From Octopus vulgaris (lineage: Eukaryota): a stretch of DNA of 64,000 nt. The DNA lies in the NCBI GenBank assembly GCA_951406725.2, contig OX597835.1, positions 35,402,001-35,466,000 on the forward strand, given 5' to 3'. Below are positions 33,503-49,419 of the stretch, one piece after another. Made by a program: the position numbers and the translations under genes. Below the pieces are notes generated by a model. The model saw only the letters and a list, made by a program, of their open reading frames with translations. It did not search any database and was not told where the DNA came from. Positions within the stretch are counted from its first letter, which is position 1. Every line of letters begins with the position of its first letter.

Positions 33503-34212
33503 TTGCATTTACTTCGTCATTCCCTCTTTCTCTTTCTCACACACACGTACACACAAGCTCACACGTACACACACACACTTACATATTTACACTCTTATGC
33601 ACTCCCTCTTTCTCTTTCCCTCTCTCTCACACACGTACACACACGCACAGACACACACACGCACGCACTCACATATTTACACTCTTATGCACTCACAAAC
33701 TCACACATTCACGCATTCACACTATCACTCACAAACTCACTCACACACACCCACACGCTTACTCACACACACACACTCACACACATTTTCACTCCGTCAC
33801 TCGAGAGTTACCCTTTCCTCCTCCTTAACAAACCAACCAACACACACGCACACACACACACTCTCTCCCTCATTCAGTTTAGCTCTCACCTGGTTCCGCC
33901 GTCGTATATTTGTTGGTGAAGCACACACACAAATAGCAGATTGTGTCAGCCGTGGGTTAAATACACGCCTATCTCCAACAGTTGATCGCAGACAAGTATC
34001 AATACAGAAAGCGGTAAACGCTGATCAAGCCAACACACACGTCAAGGCTCCGCCTTCTTTCCAAAACAATTGTCACAAAATGGCTACTTTTCTGCTTCTG
34101 CTTGCTGGTGGTGGTAGCGGTAGTAATAGTAGTAGTAGTAGTGGTGGTAGTAGAAGAGGTAATCGTGGTGGTGGTGGTGGCAGTAACAGTGAAGGTAATA
34201 AACGGCGGTCGA

Positions 34213-34224
34213 CAAGATGGCGGC
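34213..34224 (+). promoter_or_regulatory. Perfect YY1/Pho consensus site in a CpG-rich unique island
   Basis: CAAGATGGCGGC. A second AAAATGGC occurs at about 34077 and a reverse CCAAT (ATTGG) at about 34255. Confidence 0.35.
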
Positions 34225-34610
34225 GACGGAGGGGAAAGAAATCGCTGTCTTTTCATTGGTCAGTAACAATCTCTTCAATAAACGAACGACGGAATTGATA
34301 TACGAATAGACGGCGGAATATAATGTTAACAGTGTAATAATAATAACACTTCACCTAAACCCTGAAAATGTGTGAGTGTGTGTGAGTGTATGTTCGCGCG
34401 TGTCTGTGTGTGTGTGTATGTTTCTGTGTGTGTGTGTTAGCGTTTTATTATCTGTTGTGTTAGAATAACTGTCCTTATTTGCGCGAACGATTTTAAGAGT
34501 AAATGGACGTGCGTGTGTTGGGAATATGTGCATATCTATAATATGCGCGTATGTACGAAGGTATGTATGCGTGCATACGTACGTACATACATACATACAA
34601 ACATATATAC

Positions 34611-34713
<103 letters not shown>

Positions 34714-34775
34714 GTATAAATATATATATGTATATACATATATATATATACATATATACATACATATATATATAC

Positions 34776-34811
<36 letters not shown>

Positions 34812-34947
34812 TCATATATATATATATTATTCATATTATTATATATGTATATATGCAGGCAAGCATACACACACGCATTTCTATGTACTTGGTAGCTTGG
34901 TATATTCATAATGCATTTATTGAGATGTACGATTTTGAGTATATTAT

Positions 34948-35020
<73 letters not shown>

Positions 35021-35444
35021 CATGTATGTTTGTATTAACGTATTATGGATACATGTATATATATATATATATATATATCCATCCAGCCATCCAGCCATCC
35101 ATACATACATGCATATATATACATATATATACATACATATATATATATATATTCACATACACAAATCTACACACATAACCCGGTAACCTGTCTATAGTCG
35201 ATTAAAGTGTACGAAAACACGCGCATACACATACACACACACATAAACTTAGACGCACACATACAAACAGCATTAGAGATAAAGTGGAAATGATCCGGTA
35301 TTGTTCACTGCGATACTGTTGTTGTTGTTGTTGTAGTTATAGGTGGTGGTGCTGCCGCTGATGATGGTGATGGTGGTGGTTGCGGTGGTGGTGCTGGCTG
35401 TTGTGTTAATTGTACATGATAATCTTGATATCATTGCTATTATT

Positions 35445-35657
35445 GAGGCTGCGAGCTAACAGTGTCGTTAGCACGCTGGACGTAATACTTGAGCTGTATT
35501 TTCGCCCGTCTCTACGTTCTGAGTTCAAATTTCGCCGAGGTCGACTTTGCCTTTTATCCTTTCAGGGTCGATGAATTAAATACCATTTGAGTACTGGGGT
35601 TGATGTAATCGCGTTATCCCCTCCCTCAACTTGCTGGCCTTGTACTCAAATTTGAAA
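35445..35657 (+). mobile_element. SINE family B copy followed by (ATT)n
   Basis: GAGTTCAAATTTCGCCGAGGTCGACTTTGCCTTTTATCC...; further copies at about 29828-30030, 37076-37190, 37315-37480 and 38038-38130. Confidence 0.8.
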
Positions 35658-35716
35658 TCACCATTATCGTCATTATTATTACCATCATCATTTTCATTAT
35701 TACTATTATTATTATG

Positions 35717-35817
<101 letters not shown>

Positions 35818-36711
35818 TATTATTATTATCATTATTATTATTATTATTATTGTTATTATTATCATCATCATTACTACTATTGCTGTTGTTGTTACCGTTG
35901 TTTAACCACGAGAAACCTCCATGGATCAAGACAAACCAATGATCAAATGTAGTCCAATCGTGACCACCCTGCCTGTTTGTCCAATGAGCTGGGAACTCAG
36001 GGCAATATTATCCAATATGTATTGTGTCCTTTTCCAAGACAGCGAAGTTGATATCTGATAGACATTTGACTGTTCTTTCTAGCACATCGACAGACAAACC
36101 AGGAACTCCGTTGTTGTTTCGCATTGTATTGGATGTTGTTGTTGGTGGTGGTGACGGTATACAACTGTTCTCAGTGGGGGTGGTGATAGTAGTAGTACTG
36201 GTAATAGTAATAGTAGTAGTAGTAAAGTTTTAGGTGTTAGTGGTGATGGTGTTGGTGCTGATAGCATACTGATGTTGTGGTTGCAGTGGTAGTGGTTGTA
36301 GTGGTGGTAATAGTAGCAGTAGTTGTTGTTCTGGTAACAGTGATGGTTGTTAGTGGTAGAAGTAGTAGTAGAAGTGGTGGTGAGATAGACATGTATAGGT
36401 AGTAGTTGGGATAATGGTAATGGTACTGACAGCATACAAATGTTTTCGTTGGTGGTTGTGTTGGTGTTAGTACGCATTGTAGAGGTAGTGGTGGTGGTGG
36501 TGATAGTATTGGCTGCAGTTGTATTGGTGGTCTTCGGTGTGGTAGTAGTGACTGGTAGTGTTTGTTTTTTGTTGATGGTGTTGTTGCCGCAAAGGGTGTT
36601 TGTAATCGCTTTTGTTGTTTGTTGTTATATTAAGCGTTTTCACACTTCCCACGTTTATACACTTTTGTTTTTGCATTTCCCCACAAATTTTAAAACAAAT
36701 CTGTGTACGAG

Positions 36712-36780
<69 letters not shown>

Positions 36781-36782
<2 letters not shown>

Positions 36783-36925
36783 TAAACACACAACAGATTA
36801 AACTGTTGGAAAAGAAAATTCCTAATATCGAGCTACTACGAGTAACCTTAGATGCCATGAACCCTCCTAAGTACCTTGCTGTCCTTAATAACGCTGTCTT
36901 CTGGAGCTGTACTGAACTGGATTTT
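36781..36925 (-). mobile_element. 3' end of a Dong/R4-like RLE LINE with (TAA)n tail
   Basis: The minus strand reads QLQKTALLRTAR/(fs)LRRVHGI*, resembling the conserved R4-clade C-terminus LQKTALLGTARILRRVL. A short 3' UTR runs directly into (TAA)n (36712-36780). Confidence 0.7.
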
Positions 36926-37008
36926 TTAACTGATTAATTCATCTATTGTTGGAGCTCCTGGAATCTTGCATGCGTTATCATCATAGTTATCATCATCATT
37001 ATCATCAA

Positions 37009-37077
<69 letters not shown>

Positions 37078-37579
37078 TTTCGGGGTGTCGATAAATTAAG
37101 TACCAGTGTGAAACACTGGGGTCAATGTAATCGATTAGTCTCCCCCCCCCCCCCCGCCAAATTTCAGGTGTAGTGCCTATAGCAGAAAGGATATCCCTAC
37201 ATCCTTCGCCCTTGTGCCACGCAATGGGACTGGACCCGGAACCATGCGGTTTGTAAGCAAGTTACTTACCACACAGCCACTCCTGCGCCTGTGTTGTTAT
37301 TATGTATTCTGCTATTTCTTCCGGCTCTTTATATTCTGTGTTCAAATCCCGTCCAGGTTATACTTTCTCTTTCGCCTTTTTGCGTTCGATAAAATGAAGT
37401 ACCAGTCAACTACTGGGGTATCGACATAATCAACCTTCCCACTCGCCTAACATTGCAAGCATTGTGTCAAAATCTGAAATCTTCATTTGGCCCTACACTA
37501 AGCACACACCTATAGATTAGAGGGCAACTGTGGGAAGAGGACTCGAGGAGATAATCCTAGTAAGGGCAAAATAATCTTC

Positions 37580-37810
37580 TCAAGTCATACCGACTCACAA
37601 GGGCCGGTTTCCCGGTTTCCATGGGCGTATATATTCCCCGCCTGGACCAGACGCCGGTCCGTCACAGGGTTATTTACATTTGCCAGCTGAGTGGATTGGA
37701 GCAACGTGAAATGAAGTGTTTTGCTCAAGAACACAACGCGTCGCCCGGTCCAGGAATCGAAACCACAATCTTATGATCACGAGTCCAATACACTAAAACC
37801 ATTAAGCTTC
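37580..37810 (-). mobile_element. tRNA-derived SINE family D
   Basis: Minus strand GGTTTCGATTCCTGGACCGGGCGACGCGTTGTGTTCTTGAGCAAAACACTTCATTTCAC. Homologs at about 28455-28625, 28765-28880, 38158-38450, 46300-46500 and 49780-49960. Confidence 0.75.
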
Positions 37811-38857
37811 TCCTGTATCGGGAGGAATGCATCATTCTCTTTACTCTCTTTTACTTGTTTCAGTTAGTTGACTGTGGCCATGCTGGAGCACCGTCTTTTA
37901 GTCGAGCAAATCGACCCCAGGACTTATTCTTTGTAAGCCTACTAATTATTCTATCGGTCACTTTCGCCGAACCATTAAGTTACGGGGAGGTAAACACACC
38001 AGCATCGGTTGTCAAGCGATGTTGGGGGCGGGACAACATCGATAAATTAAGTACCAGATGAGTAATGGGTCCAATGCTATCGACTTAACCCCTCCCCACA
38101 CATTTTAGGCCTTGTACTTTTAAGAGAAAGGGTTATTATTATTATTGTTATTTGTGCAGGCGCATGGCTTAATGATTGGGTTGTTGCACTCACGATGTGG
38201 CGATTGTGATTTCAATTTCCAGAACGGGTAGCGCGTTGTGTTTTTTGCACAAAACACTTCATCTGATGCTGCTCAGCGACCACCTCCATACATGACGCGT
38301 GGCACACAGTGCTCTTGTTCAGGCAACGTCGATTTGATGGAGAGAGAGAGCTAATGCGCGGCACGAACATTTGACCACAATGAACAAACCATTTGTGCAG
38401 GTCGATCGGCAAAGGCTGAACGTTCATACGTCGTCTTCGAAAGGGGAGCCCATCATCACTATTATTATTGATGTTGTTGTTGCTGTTGTTATTTTTGTAG
38501 CTCTTGTGATTTCAGAGTTGATAAACTAAAGTATTAATTCGAGGATATCGACTAACCCCTCCCCTCAAACTGTTGTCCGTACGTCTAATTCAGAAACAAT
38601 TATTGTGAAAGAGGTCATCGTTGTTGAGGGTGATGGACCGAGAATATAGCTAGAGTGCAACTTATTGGATGTAGGCCATGCTGGAGCACCGCACGGGATT
38701 AAACGAACAAAGAGAGTCCAGAACATGTTTTTTCTAAATGTCTGGTACTACTTATTCTATCGGTCGCTTTTGCCGAACCACTAGAACACATCAACGGGAA
38801 AAAATCAGCACCGGCGATCACACACATGTATGCATCTATGTATGCATGTATGGTATG

Positions 38858-38891
<34 letters not shown>

Positions 38892-39167
38892 TGTATGTAT
38901 GTATGTATGTATGTATGTATGTATCTATCATCTATTTATCTACCTATATATATATATATATACACGCACACACGATGGGTTTCTTTCACTCACAAGGCTT
39001 TCATTGGTTCGAGGTTGTACTAGATGTTTGCTCAAAAGCCTCAACACGGAACCATGTGATTGGGAAGCAAAATTCCTACTCTTGCGCCAACATATACATG
39101 CATAAAAACAAAAACACAGACTCACATATGCACACACACAGACACACAGACACAGACACACACACAC

Positions 39168-39213
<46 letters not shown>

Positions 39214-39269
39214 TCACAAACGCACTCATAGACACACCCATATGTATGCATATATTTAGATATATGTAG

Positions 39270-39310
<41 letters not shown>

Positions 39311-39558
39311 TGTATATATATATATGTAAATATGTATATAAATAACACACACACACACACATTATATATATGCACACATACAGACATATATATGGATATA
39401 GGTATATATATACACACAGACACATATGTACATTATACACACATACATATGCATACATGTATATATACATATATATATATATACACATATATATATGTAT
39501 ATATATATACACATATATATGTATGTATGTATATATGTAGGTATATATAGATATATAC

Positions 39559-39559
<1 letters not shown>

Positions 39560-39589
<30 letters not shown>

Positions 39590-39930
39590 CAAACACATAT
39601 ATATATATATATACACATATATATATATACATATATATACATATGTATGTATGTATGTATATATACATATGTATGTATATATATACATATGTATGTATGT
39701 ATGTATATATATATATATATACAAACACACATATATATATATATACACATATATATATATATACATATATATACATATGTATGTATGTATGTATATATAC
39801 ATATGTATGTATATATATACATATGTATGTATGTATGTATATATATATATATATACAAACACACATATATATATATATACACATATATATATACATATAT
39901 ATACATATGTATGTATGTATGTATATATAT
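39560..39930 (+). repeat. Higher-order ~132-bp repeat built from TA/CA/TATG microsatellite
   Basis: The marker TACAAACACA recurs at about 39588, 39720 and 39854 with the same flanking pattern. Confidence 0.75.
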
Positions 39931-39949
39931 ACGCACACACATTTATATG

Positions 39950-39991
<42 letters not shown>

Positions 39992-40160
39992 CATATAAAT
40001 GTGTGTGCGTATATACATACATACATACATACATATGTATATATATGTATATATATATATGTGTATTATGTGTATCGCAGGTTAATATAATTCCTCAGCA
40101 TGTAATAAATATACATATACATATAAATGCGTGTGCGTGTATATATATACATACATATGA

Positions 40161-40201
<41 letters not shown>

Positions 40202-40466
40202 ATATATATATTAACCTGCGATTGGTCCGTCCGTATAATTAAATACTGCATGCGTGAGTACAAGTGTATTTGTATGGCTATGTTTAATGTGGGTATGCGG
40301 ATTTGCTTTTATGGATTACTCTGTAATGAAAGCAAGTTAAGAGTCTTTACGGCCATGACCATCCTGCAGACGGTTCTTCACAGTCATTCTTCTTTAAATG
40401 TTAGATGGTGCAGGTCGAACACACACTGAGGGTATACACGTTACGTAAATGCGTGAGTGTTCATGA

Positions 40467-40532
<66 letters not shown>

Positions 40533-40670
40533 ATGTGTGTATGTGTGTATGTATGTTTATGCTGTTATAAGCGTATGTGTAACGTTATTAATTGCAGTCA
40601 AGGCATATAGGCACGCAGGTATCTTCAAAGACATAAGTATTTACATATCCAGGAATATATACATATCTAA

Positions 40671-40758
<88 letters not shown>

Positions 40759-40967
40759 ATATATATATATATATATATCACTATATGTATACATACATCT
40801 ACACGTATCTATGTGATTCTATGTTTGCACACACACATATACTTACATATATTTAAACATAGATGATTCAGTGTCTGACTGAAGATTGAAGGCTTCGAAT
40901 GATTTGTCTGTGTTCCGTGTTCGTCCCTTCCTGTATTTCACGTTCATTATATATAAAAACATTCATT

Positions 40968-41074
<107 letters not shown>

Positions 41075-41098
41075 TTATATATATACAAACGCACATAT

Positions 41099-41131
<33 letters not shown>

Positions 41132-41215
41132 CATATATGCGAGCATGTACTATATAAGTATATTTAAATATATTTGTATATATGCAAACACACACACATA
41201 CATATATATACATAT

Positions 41216-41274
<59 letters not shown>

Positions 41275-41694
41275 TACATGCATATACATACATATATATA
41301 TTTATATATATATATATATATATACATGCATACGTATATACATACATGCATGCACCTATGTATGTGCATGCATATATATGTATATGTATAATATATGTAT
41401 ATTTGTATATATGTACACGGGTCTTATACGCACATATACATGAATATATTTCTCTGAGCTAAACTTAATATTTTCGCGTTTCAACTGGGAAACGATCAGA
41501 TGTTCCTTAACCAATTGGCATTATTTGAATCCATTCAATACGTAGATTATTCATCTTTGATTTTTTCCAATCATCGATCTACGAAATATCGATCTCAAGC
41601 TGACATCCATTTTCGTTGTGATAAGTGATCACGCTATGAGCCTATACACAAAATTACATATATGTGTGTTTGTGTGTGTGTGTGCTTGTGCGTG

Positions 41695-41796
<102 letters not shown>

Positions 41797-41913
41797 ATTT
41801 ATGTATATATCTATATCTATCTATCTATCTATCTATCTATATGTATATATATGGGTGTATGGATGAATGAATGGATCGATGTATATGTTATACTTTCAAA
41901 AGAAGACGGGTGG

Positions 41914-41957
41914 CAGTGTCTTAGAAGTTTCGGTCCTGCTACGCTTCATCAGACTTA
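41914..41957 (-). ncRNA. Degenerate hammerhead motif
   Basis: Minus strand: AAGT-CTGATGA-AGCGTAGCAGGACC-GAAA-CTT CT AAG-AC-ACTG. Core boxes intact; UH site mutated and stem II poor. Confidence 0.45.
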
Positions 41958-42316
41958 GCGGGACAAAGTTTCCAAGCAATGGTCATCGTATTTCTTGTAA
42001 AAGAAATTTAAATATGTACTCTGCCGAAAATATCCAGAAATTTTTCAACTTGATATAAAATTTTTTATCGTAATATATTATTTCTTTATAAATACAAACA
42101 ATATACATATCTCCCTATATATCACCTGCGGGGATTACAGTCCCTGTTAGCACATATCTATACAAATGTGCTTTAACTACAGCACTGGAGCATTTTAGCT
42201 CTTATTTCTGGCAACGTGGGTGTTCTAACACTGTAGTGATTCTTAGTGACATTTATAATTTTTACTTTTGGCAACACATTGCAGACTGCTGTCGATATTA
42301 ATTTTATATATCTATA

Positions 42317-42405
<89 letters not shown>

Positions 42406-42552
42406 GATTTTATATATATATATATAAATATACATACATATATATATGCATACATATATATATATCTACATATATATATGTATATATGTATGTATGTATA
42501 TATGTATATGTACGTATGTATGAGTGTGCATGTGAATATATACATGTGTGTG

Positions 42553-42601
<49 letters not shown>

Positions 42602-42726
42602 CACTTATATACATATATATATATATATACACATATATATACATATACATATGTGGACATATATGCATGATAATAAATATATATTACTTATATAGATATC
42701 TATTTTTATGTATGCATATAAAGAGG

Positions 42727-42779
<53 letters not shown>

Positions 42780-43309
42780 TGTGTGTGTTAATCTATCTGC
42801 CGATCCATCACTTACTCAAATCAGTCAACGAAACTCGCTCGCACACGCATATTCACACACACGCAAATACATATTTGAATGGCGGACACAGACACATGCG
42901 GAGATACACAGACAAAAATATGATTGCTTTTAAAGTTTCATCTCTTTACGTAAGTTATACATATGCATGTATATTTACGCATTCATAAATACACACAAAT
43001 ATGCATAAATGTGTTGATATATATATATATATATAAGACCCCAGGACTTATTCTTTGTAAGCCTATATATATATATATATATATATAGTATATATATAGG
43101 CTTACAAAAAATAAGTCCTGGGGTCGACTTGCTCGACTGAAAGTGGTGCTCCAGCAAGGCCGCAGTCAGATGATTGAAACAAGATAAAGAACATATATAT
43201 ATCTTCTCCAGACTTAAGGCTGAAATACACACACAAAGAGACACACACACACACAATTATATTTATATATACTTATATACATACATACGTACGTATCGCT
43301 CTCTCTCCC

Positions 43310-43370
<61 letters not shown>

Positions 43371-43736
43371 CGAGAGAACAGGCACAAGTTGACGGAGCAA
43401 CGTGTATGCGTTGTTAGCATGTGTCCGATTGTATGTATTCGAAAGTGAGTCAATGTGCCAACAAATACTTATATACAACACACACACACACACACACACA
43501 CGTATGCATATATACATGATACAGGAGAGAGAGAGAAAGGGGGGGAGAGAAAGAGAGAGTGAGTGAGAAAGAGACTGTGAGACGGAGGGAGGAAAATGCA
43601 GAGACGACAGAAAAGTCGTTGATCGCTCTGTTGTGTAATATGAATAGCAGCTAAAACGCCCTCACATCAATACCCTAACACATTAAAAACAAACGAAAAT
43701 AAACACGTAAAAATACCCCTATATATAAAAAAAATA

Positions 43737-44325
<589 letters not shown>

Positions 44326-44444
44326 AATTGGAAATATTTACCATATTTTCATCTGAATGAGAGAAGAGGATTTACGGGTTTGTATTTGCTGGTTAACAAC
44401 TAATCTGATGGATAAGTAACAAGTAAAGTGATGAAAATATATCT

Positions 44445-44670
44445 ATTATACCCACAAGGGGCTAAACATAGAGGGCACAAACATGGACAGACATAGGTAT
44501 TAAGTCGATTATATCGACCCCAGTGCGTAACTGGTACTTGATTTATCGACCCCGAAAGGATGAAAGGCTAACTCGACCTCGGCGGAATTTGAACTCACAA
44601 CGTAACAACAGCCGAAATACCGCTAAGCATTTCGCCCGACGTGCTAACGATTCTGCCAGCTCGCCGCCTT
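44445..44670 (-). mobile_element. SINE family B copy with LINE-like tail
   Basis: Head and central domain as above; the minus-strand 3' end is CCCCTTGTGGGTATAATAG. Confidence 0.8.
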
Positions 44671-44767
44671 TAAGTGATGAAAATATATCGCGGGCAACAC
44701 ACACACACCTGCACATGCATACACGCAAAATTGTCAAATACACATGCCAAAAGCAACTTAGACAGAC

Positions 44768-44834
<67 letters not shown>

Positions 44835-45280
44835 GATAGAAAGATAAACAGACTGGTAAACTAATAGGTAGATCGATATATATATATATATATATAGATA
44901 GATATGTATGCACGCGCCTGTGTGCGTGCGAATGGATATTTTTACATATACATTTATGGCTAGACATATATATTCATACATATGTTTATGCATCTGTATA
45001 TATATATATATGCATTTATATATATATATTAGAAGGTTTGGAGATGATGTACAGGTATTTTATATTAGAAGAGATGAGGTACTCAGAAATTCGGATGGTT
45101 TTATATTTACAGATATTTATTTGTATATTACATGTTTTTATACATCATATAACTTATATCATATATCATATATTAGCGCTTTCTCCCATTCTAGTGGATT
45201 TTTCAAATGGAACTATATATTTATAGGCGGAGCTCCAGCATGGCTGCAGTCAGATGACTGAAACAAGTAAAAGAAAAAAT

Positions 45281-45312
<32 letters not shown>

Positions 45313-45314
45313 CG

Positions 45315-45705
45315 CTTTACTTGTTTCAGTCATTTGACTGCGGCCATGCTGGAGCACCAACTTTAGTCAAGCAAATCGACCCCAGGACTTATTCGTTGTA
45401 AGTCTAGTACTTATTCAATCGGTCTCTTTTGCCGAACCGCTAAGTTACGGGGACGTAAACACACCACAATCGGTTGTCAAGCGATGTTGGAGGGACAAAT
45501 ACAGACACACAAACTCACACACACACATATACATACATATATACGACGGGCTTCTTTCAGTTTCCGTCTACCAAATCCACTCACAAGGCTTTGGTCGGCC
45601 CGAGGCTATAGTAGAAGACATTTGCCCAAGGTGCCAAGCAGTGGGACTGAACCCGGAACCATGTGGTTGGTAAGCAAGCTACTTACCACACATCCACTCC
45701 TGCAC
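45315..45705 (-). mobile_element. tRNA-derived SINE family A, full copy (head + internal microsatellite + tail)
   Basis: Head with A/B-box-like TGTGTGGTAAG / GGTTCAGTCCC and CCTTGGGCAAATG; tail ending CAGCATGGCCGCAGTCAAATGACTGAAACAAGTAAA. Many homologous copies occur in the window. Confidence 0.85.
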
Positions 45706-45720
45706 CTATATATATATAGG

Positions 45721-45767
<47 letters not shown>

Positions 45768-45775
45768 ATGTACAC

Positions 45776-45811
<36 letters not shown>

Positions 45812-46251
45812 ATACATATATATGTGTATATGAATATGAATATAAAAGAGAGAGAGACAGAGAGAGAAATTAATATAACTTAACAAAGGTATATGATAAT
45901 ATATGCATATAAGTACATAATCTCTCTCTCACGCAAACATATAGATGCAGTATATACATATTTGTGTGTTTGTCCTTGAGTGTTGTATGCATGTGTGTCT
46001 GAGTGTAGCTGTACGTGTGTGAGTGTATATGTGTATATGAGAGGGTGCTCCTGTGTGTGTATGTGTGTGAATGTGAGTGTGCGTAAATATATATACATTT
46101 GCATAAATATATATATTTATTTATATATATAAATATATAAATGGACATGTGGTTTTGATAAAAGTTTATAATTACATGATTGGAATGATCTACAGAAACA
46201 GATAATAAACATATGTATATATATATAATATGATATATATATATTTATATT

Positions 46252-46300
<49 letters not shown>

Positions 46301-46606
46301 AGACGCGTAGCTCAGTGGTCAGGCAGCTGGACTCATGATCGTAAGATTGTGATTTCGACTCCTGGACCCACCGACTGTTTGTGTTCTTGAACAGATCACT
46401 TCATTTTCACATTGCTCCAATGCACTCAGCTGGCAAAAGAGAATAGTCCTGCGACGGAGCGACGTCCCGTCCAGTTGGCGAATATATTCGCCGTTAAAAC
46501 CAGTTTCGGATGCCCAGGTGGAAATCTACGCCGCCATATCTTCAGTTATCCGGCCATACATAATATCGAAGTCTCTTTCTTTTGTCGTCATACAGTTTTT
46601 TTATCA

Positions 46607-46669
<63 letters not shown>

Positions 46670-46934
46670 TAGATAGATAGATATAGATATAGATATAGAT
46701 ATGTATATGAATATACAATTATATAAATACTTACTATGCATATTAGAGCTTATGTGCTTAAGCATTCGAATTTTAATATTGCCTACGTCTTACACGCACC
46801 TCTTTCAGGGAGGTATGTGTGCTCATGCAAGCATGTTCATATGCATGTAATGTGACAAGGATATATGCAGGCTTGCGTATGTATATATATATTCTTGCGT
46901 ATATATACATATTTATATATGTATATTATATATA

Positions 46935-47121
<187 letters not shown>

Positions 47122-47214
47122 TTAAGGAGAGTTTACGAAAAAAGCAAAAGACGAAGTCAGGTGCTGTAGAAAACAAACATATGTATTAGTATAACGCTCA
47201 GGAGTAGAAAAAGT

Positions 47215-47250
47215 CTTTTACGTTACGAGGCTACGCTCTTCTACAGAAAG
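47215..47250 (-). ncRNA. Degenerate minimal hammerhead-like motif in a Penelope-like tail
   Basis: Minus strand: CTTT-CTGTAGA-A-GAG CGTAGC CTC-GTAA-CG-TA-AAAG. All stems are in place but both core boxes carry substitutions. Confidence 0.4.
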
Positions 47251-47275
47251 GGACACAGAAAAAAAAAATCAAGGA

Positions 47276-47344
<69 letters not shown>

Positions 47345-47676
47345 GTCTATCTATATATGTGTGTGTGTAGACATACACCCATACCTATCTATTTTATTTT
47401 TATTTTATTTATTTTTTATTTATTTTATCTAGTTTCAGCTCATGAGCTGTGGCCATGCTGGGGCACCGCCATTTATGTTATTAAAAATGTAAAACTATGT
47501 GCCTATTATTCAGAACAATAAAAATATTTCATATATGATATAGAAATACGTAAAGTTAGATTAAATGGTGTGATAGGTGAAAGTACATCGGTGAACGATT
47601 AAAGTATACGCGTATACACATACACACACACACATACACCCACTTGTATATATATTAACACACAAACACACACATT

Positions 47677-48333
47677 CAGGGGTTGGACAAAATAACGGTA
47701 ATACCTAGCATCATAGCATCATAATTTTGAAATATCTATAAAACCGTCAAAAGCTTGATTATTTTTATGTTTTTTGATTTTATTATTAATGTTGCTTTAT
47801 ATGTTTTGCTAAAATTGCTGTTTCTTTTCAGATATCTTCAGAAAAAGATAATTAAAATTCATTAAAATGACAGATCTATCGGACTTTCAAAGAGGTCAAA
47901 TTGTTGGTGATTGTGTGGCAGGCGCTAGCGTAACGAAAGCAGCCAAAATGTTTGGTGTATCACGAAGTACTGTTTCAAAAGTAAAGACAGCCTTTGAGAA
48001 AGAGGGAAAAACCTCGTCGAAACAAAACTCCGGAAGATAACGAAAATTTTCATATAGGGACCGTCGGACTCTTACGCGAGTTGTTACAAAGGATCACAAA
48101 AGTACAGCTGCCAAAATTACTGCAGAGCTTAATTACCACCTCGTGAACCCAGTTTGCACAAAAAACTGTTCGCTGGAAGCTGCACAAAGCAAGATTTCAC
48201 AAGAGGGCTGCAATCAGAAAGCCACTACATTCAAAAGGATCTGTGATGATCTGGGGAATTCAAGCGGTCCTCCATATTAAAATAAATTTGTTTGAAATTT
48301 TTTGTATGTTTCCATTATTTTGTCTCATCCCTG
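47677..48333 (+). mobile_element. Internally deleted Tc1/mariner DNA transposon
   Basis: Imperfect ~26-bp TIRs (CAGGGGTTGGACAAAATAACGGTAA ... GTTTCCATTATTTTGTCTCATCCCTG), a TA immediately 3' (48334-48335) and a transposase remnant inside. Confidence 0.9.
47867..48262 (+). pseudogene. Tc1 transposase remnant (paired-like HTH N-terminus plus GSVMIWG fragment)
   Basis: MTDLSDFQRGQIVG..AGASVTKAAKMFGVSRSTVSKV...SGR*RKFSYRDRRTLTRVV...TAAKITAELN..., then a frameshift, then RAAIRKPL and GSVMIWG. In-frame stop at 48038-48040; the DDE core is deleted. Confidence 0.9.
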
Positions 48334-48366
48334 TAGGCATGTGTCTGGAGATATAGATGCACAAAT

Positions 48367-48427
<61 letters not shown>

Positions 48428-48465
48428 ATATATACATATATATATACATATACACACACACACAC

Positions 48466-48585
<120 letters not shown>

Positions 48586-49349
48586 AGCACGAAACTTAAA
48601 TCTTCATGCAAATTTTTTCGTTCCATAGTTTTAACTTTATGTAGTATATGAGTCCAACATCTGTTTGTTAACTAGAATTATGTACAAAACAATACCATTT
48701 TTCAGAATACAAACGGCATTTGTCATCAGACTTAATGCACACAAAATTTTCTTTAGAATATGTATATTCGTTTTTTGTGTTTGTCATAATGCTATGTCCA
48801 TGGAATTTACTACCACACATAGCTGTGCAAACCTGAGAAAGAAATAACCATCGAAATGTCCATAGAGTTTTAGGTATTTCTTACAATTTAATTTTTATTT
48901 ATTCTCACAAATTGTGTTTTATCTTACGTCGCCCGTCAAATTTCCTACTGGGCATTTCTTTATTCTCACAAACTGTGTTTTTCTCTCTTAATTCGTCACC
49001 TCTTCAATTGTTTATCAAACGCTAATTTCAAAGACGTAACGTACATAGACCCCGTTTTGCTGTCAATTTTTCTTAACTCTGCTTCCGTTACAAAAGGGAG
49101 AGAGAAATGTATAAAAAGAGAGCGAAAGACAGACATTAAGTTTCAGAGAAAGAGGTTTAGAATATGACAAGGAAGGAGAGAGAAAGATGGAGACAGAGAC
49201 AGAGAGAGCGAAGATACTTGGAGAACTTGTGCTGTAAGTGATGTAATGTTGACATTGATATCTCACGCCCCGACCACATCTTTTAGTGAAGAGAATTGAT
49301 AAGTGAAATCAAATGAATACAAAAGGATACAAATATCTTACTAAGCCAC

Positions 49350-49419
<70 letters not shown>

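Noticed and set aside
33219-34298. 359-aa ORF
   Set aside because: Two thirds is CA-repeat-derived; the remainder has no recognisable motif or splice signals.
40875-40910. CTGAAGA...GAAT motif
   Set aside because: No GAAA and no stem I or III pairing.
46490-46550. Minus-strand CTGAAGA...GAAA-CTGG-TT hammerhead-like match
   Set aside because: Stem II does not close and half of it overlaps a SINE D end; may be chance.
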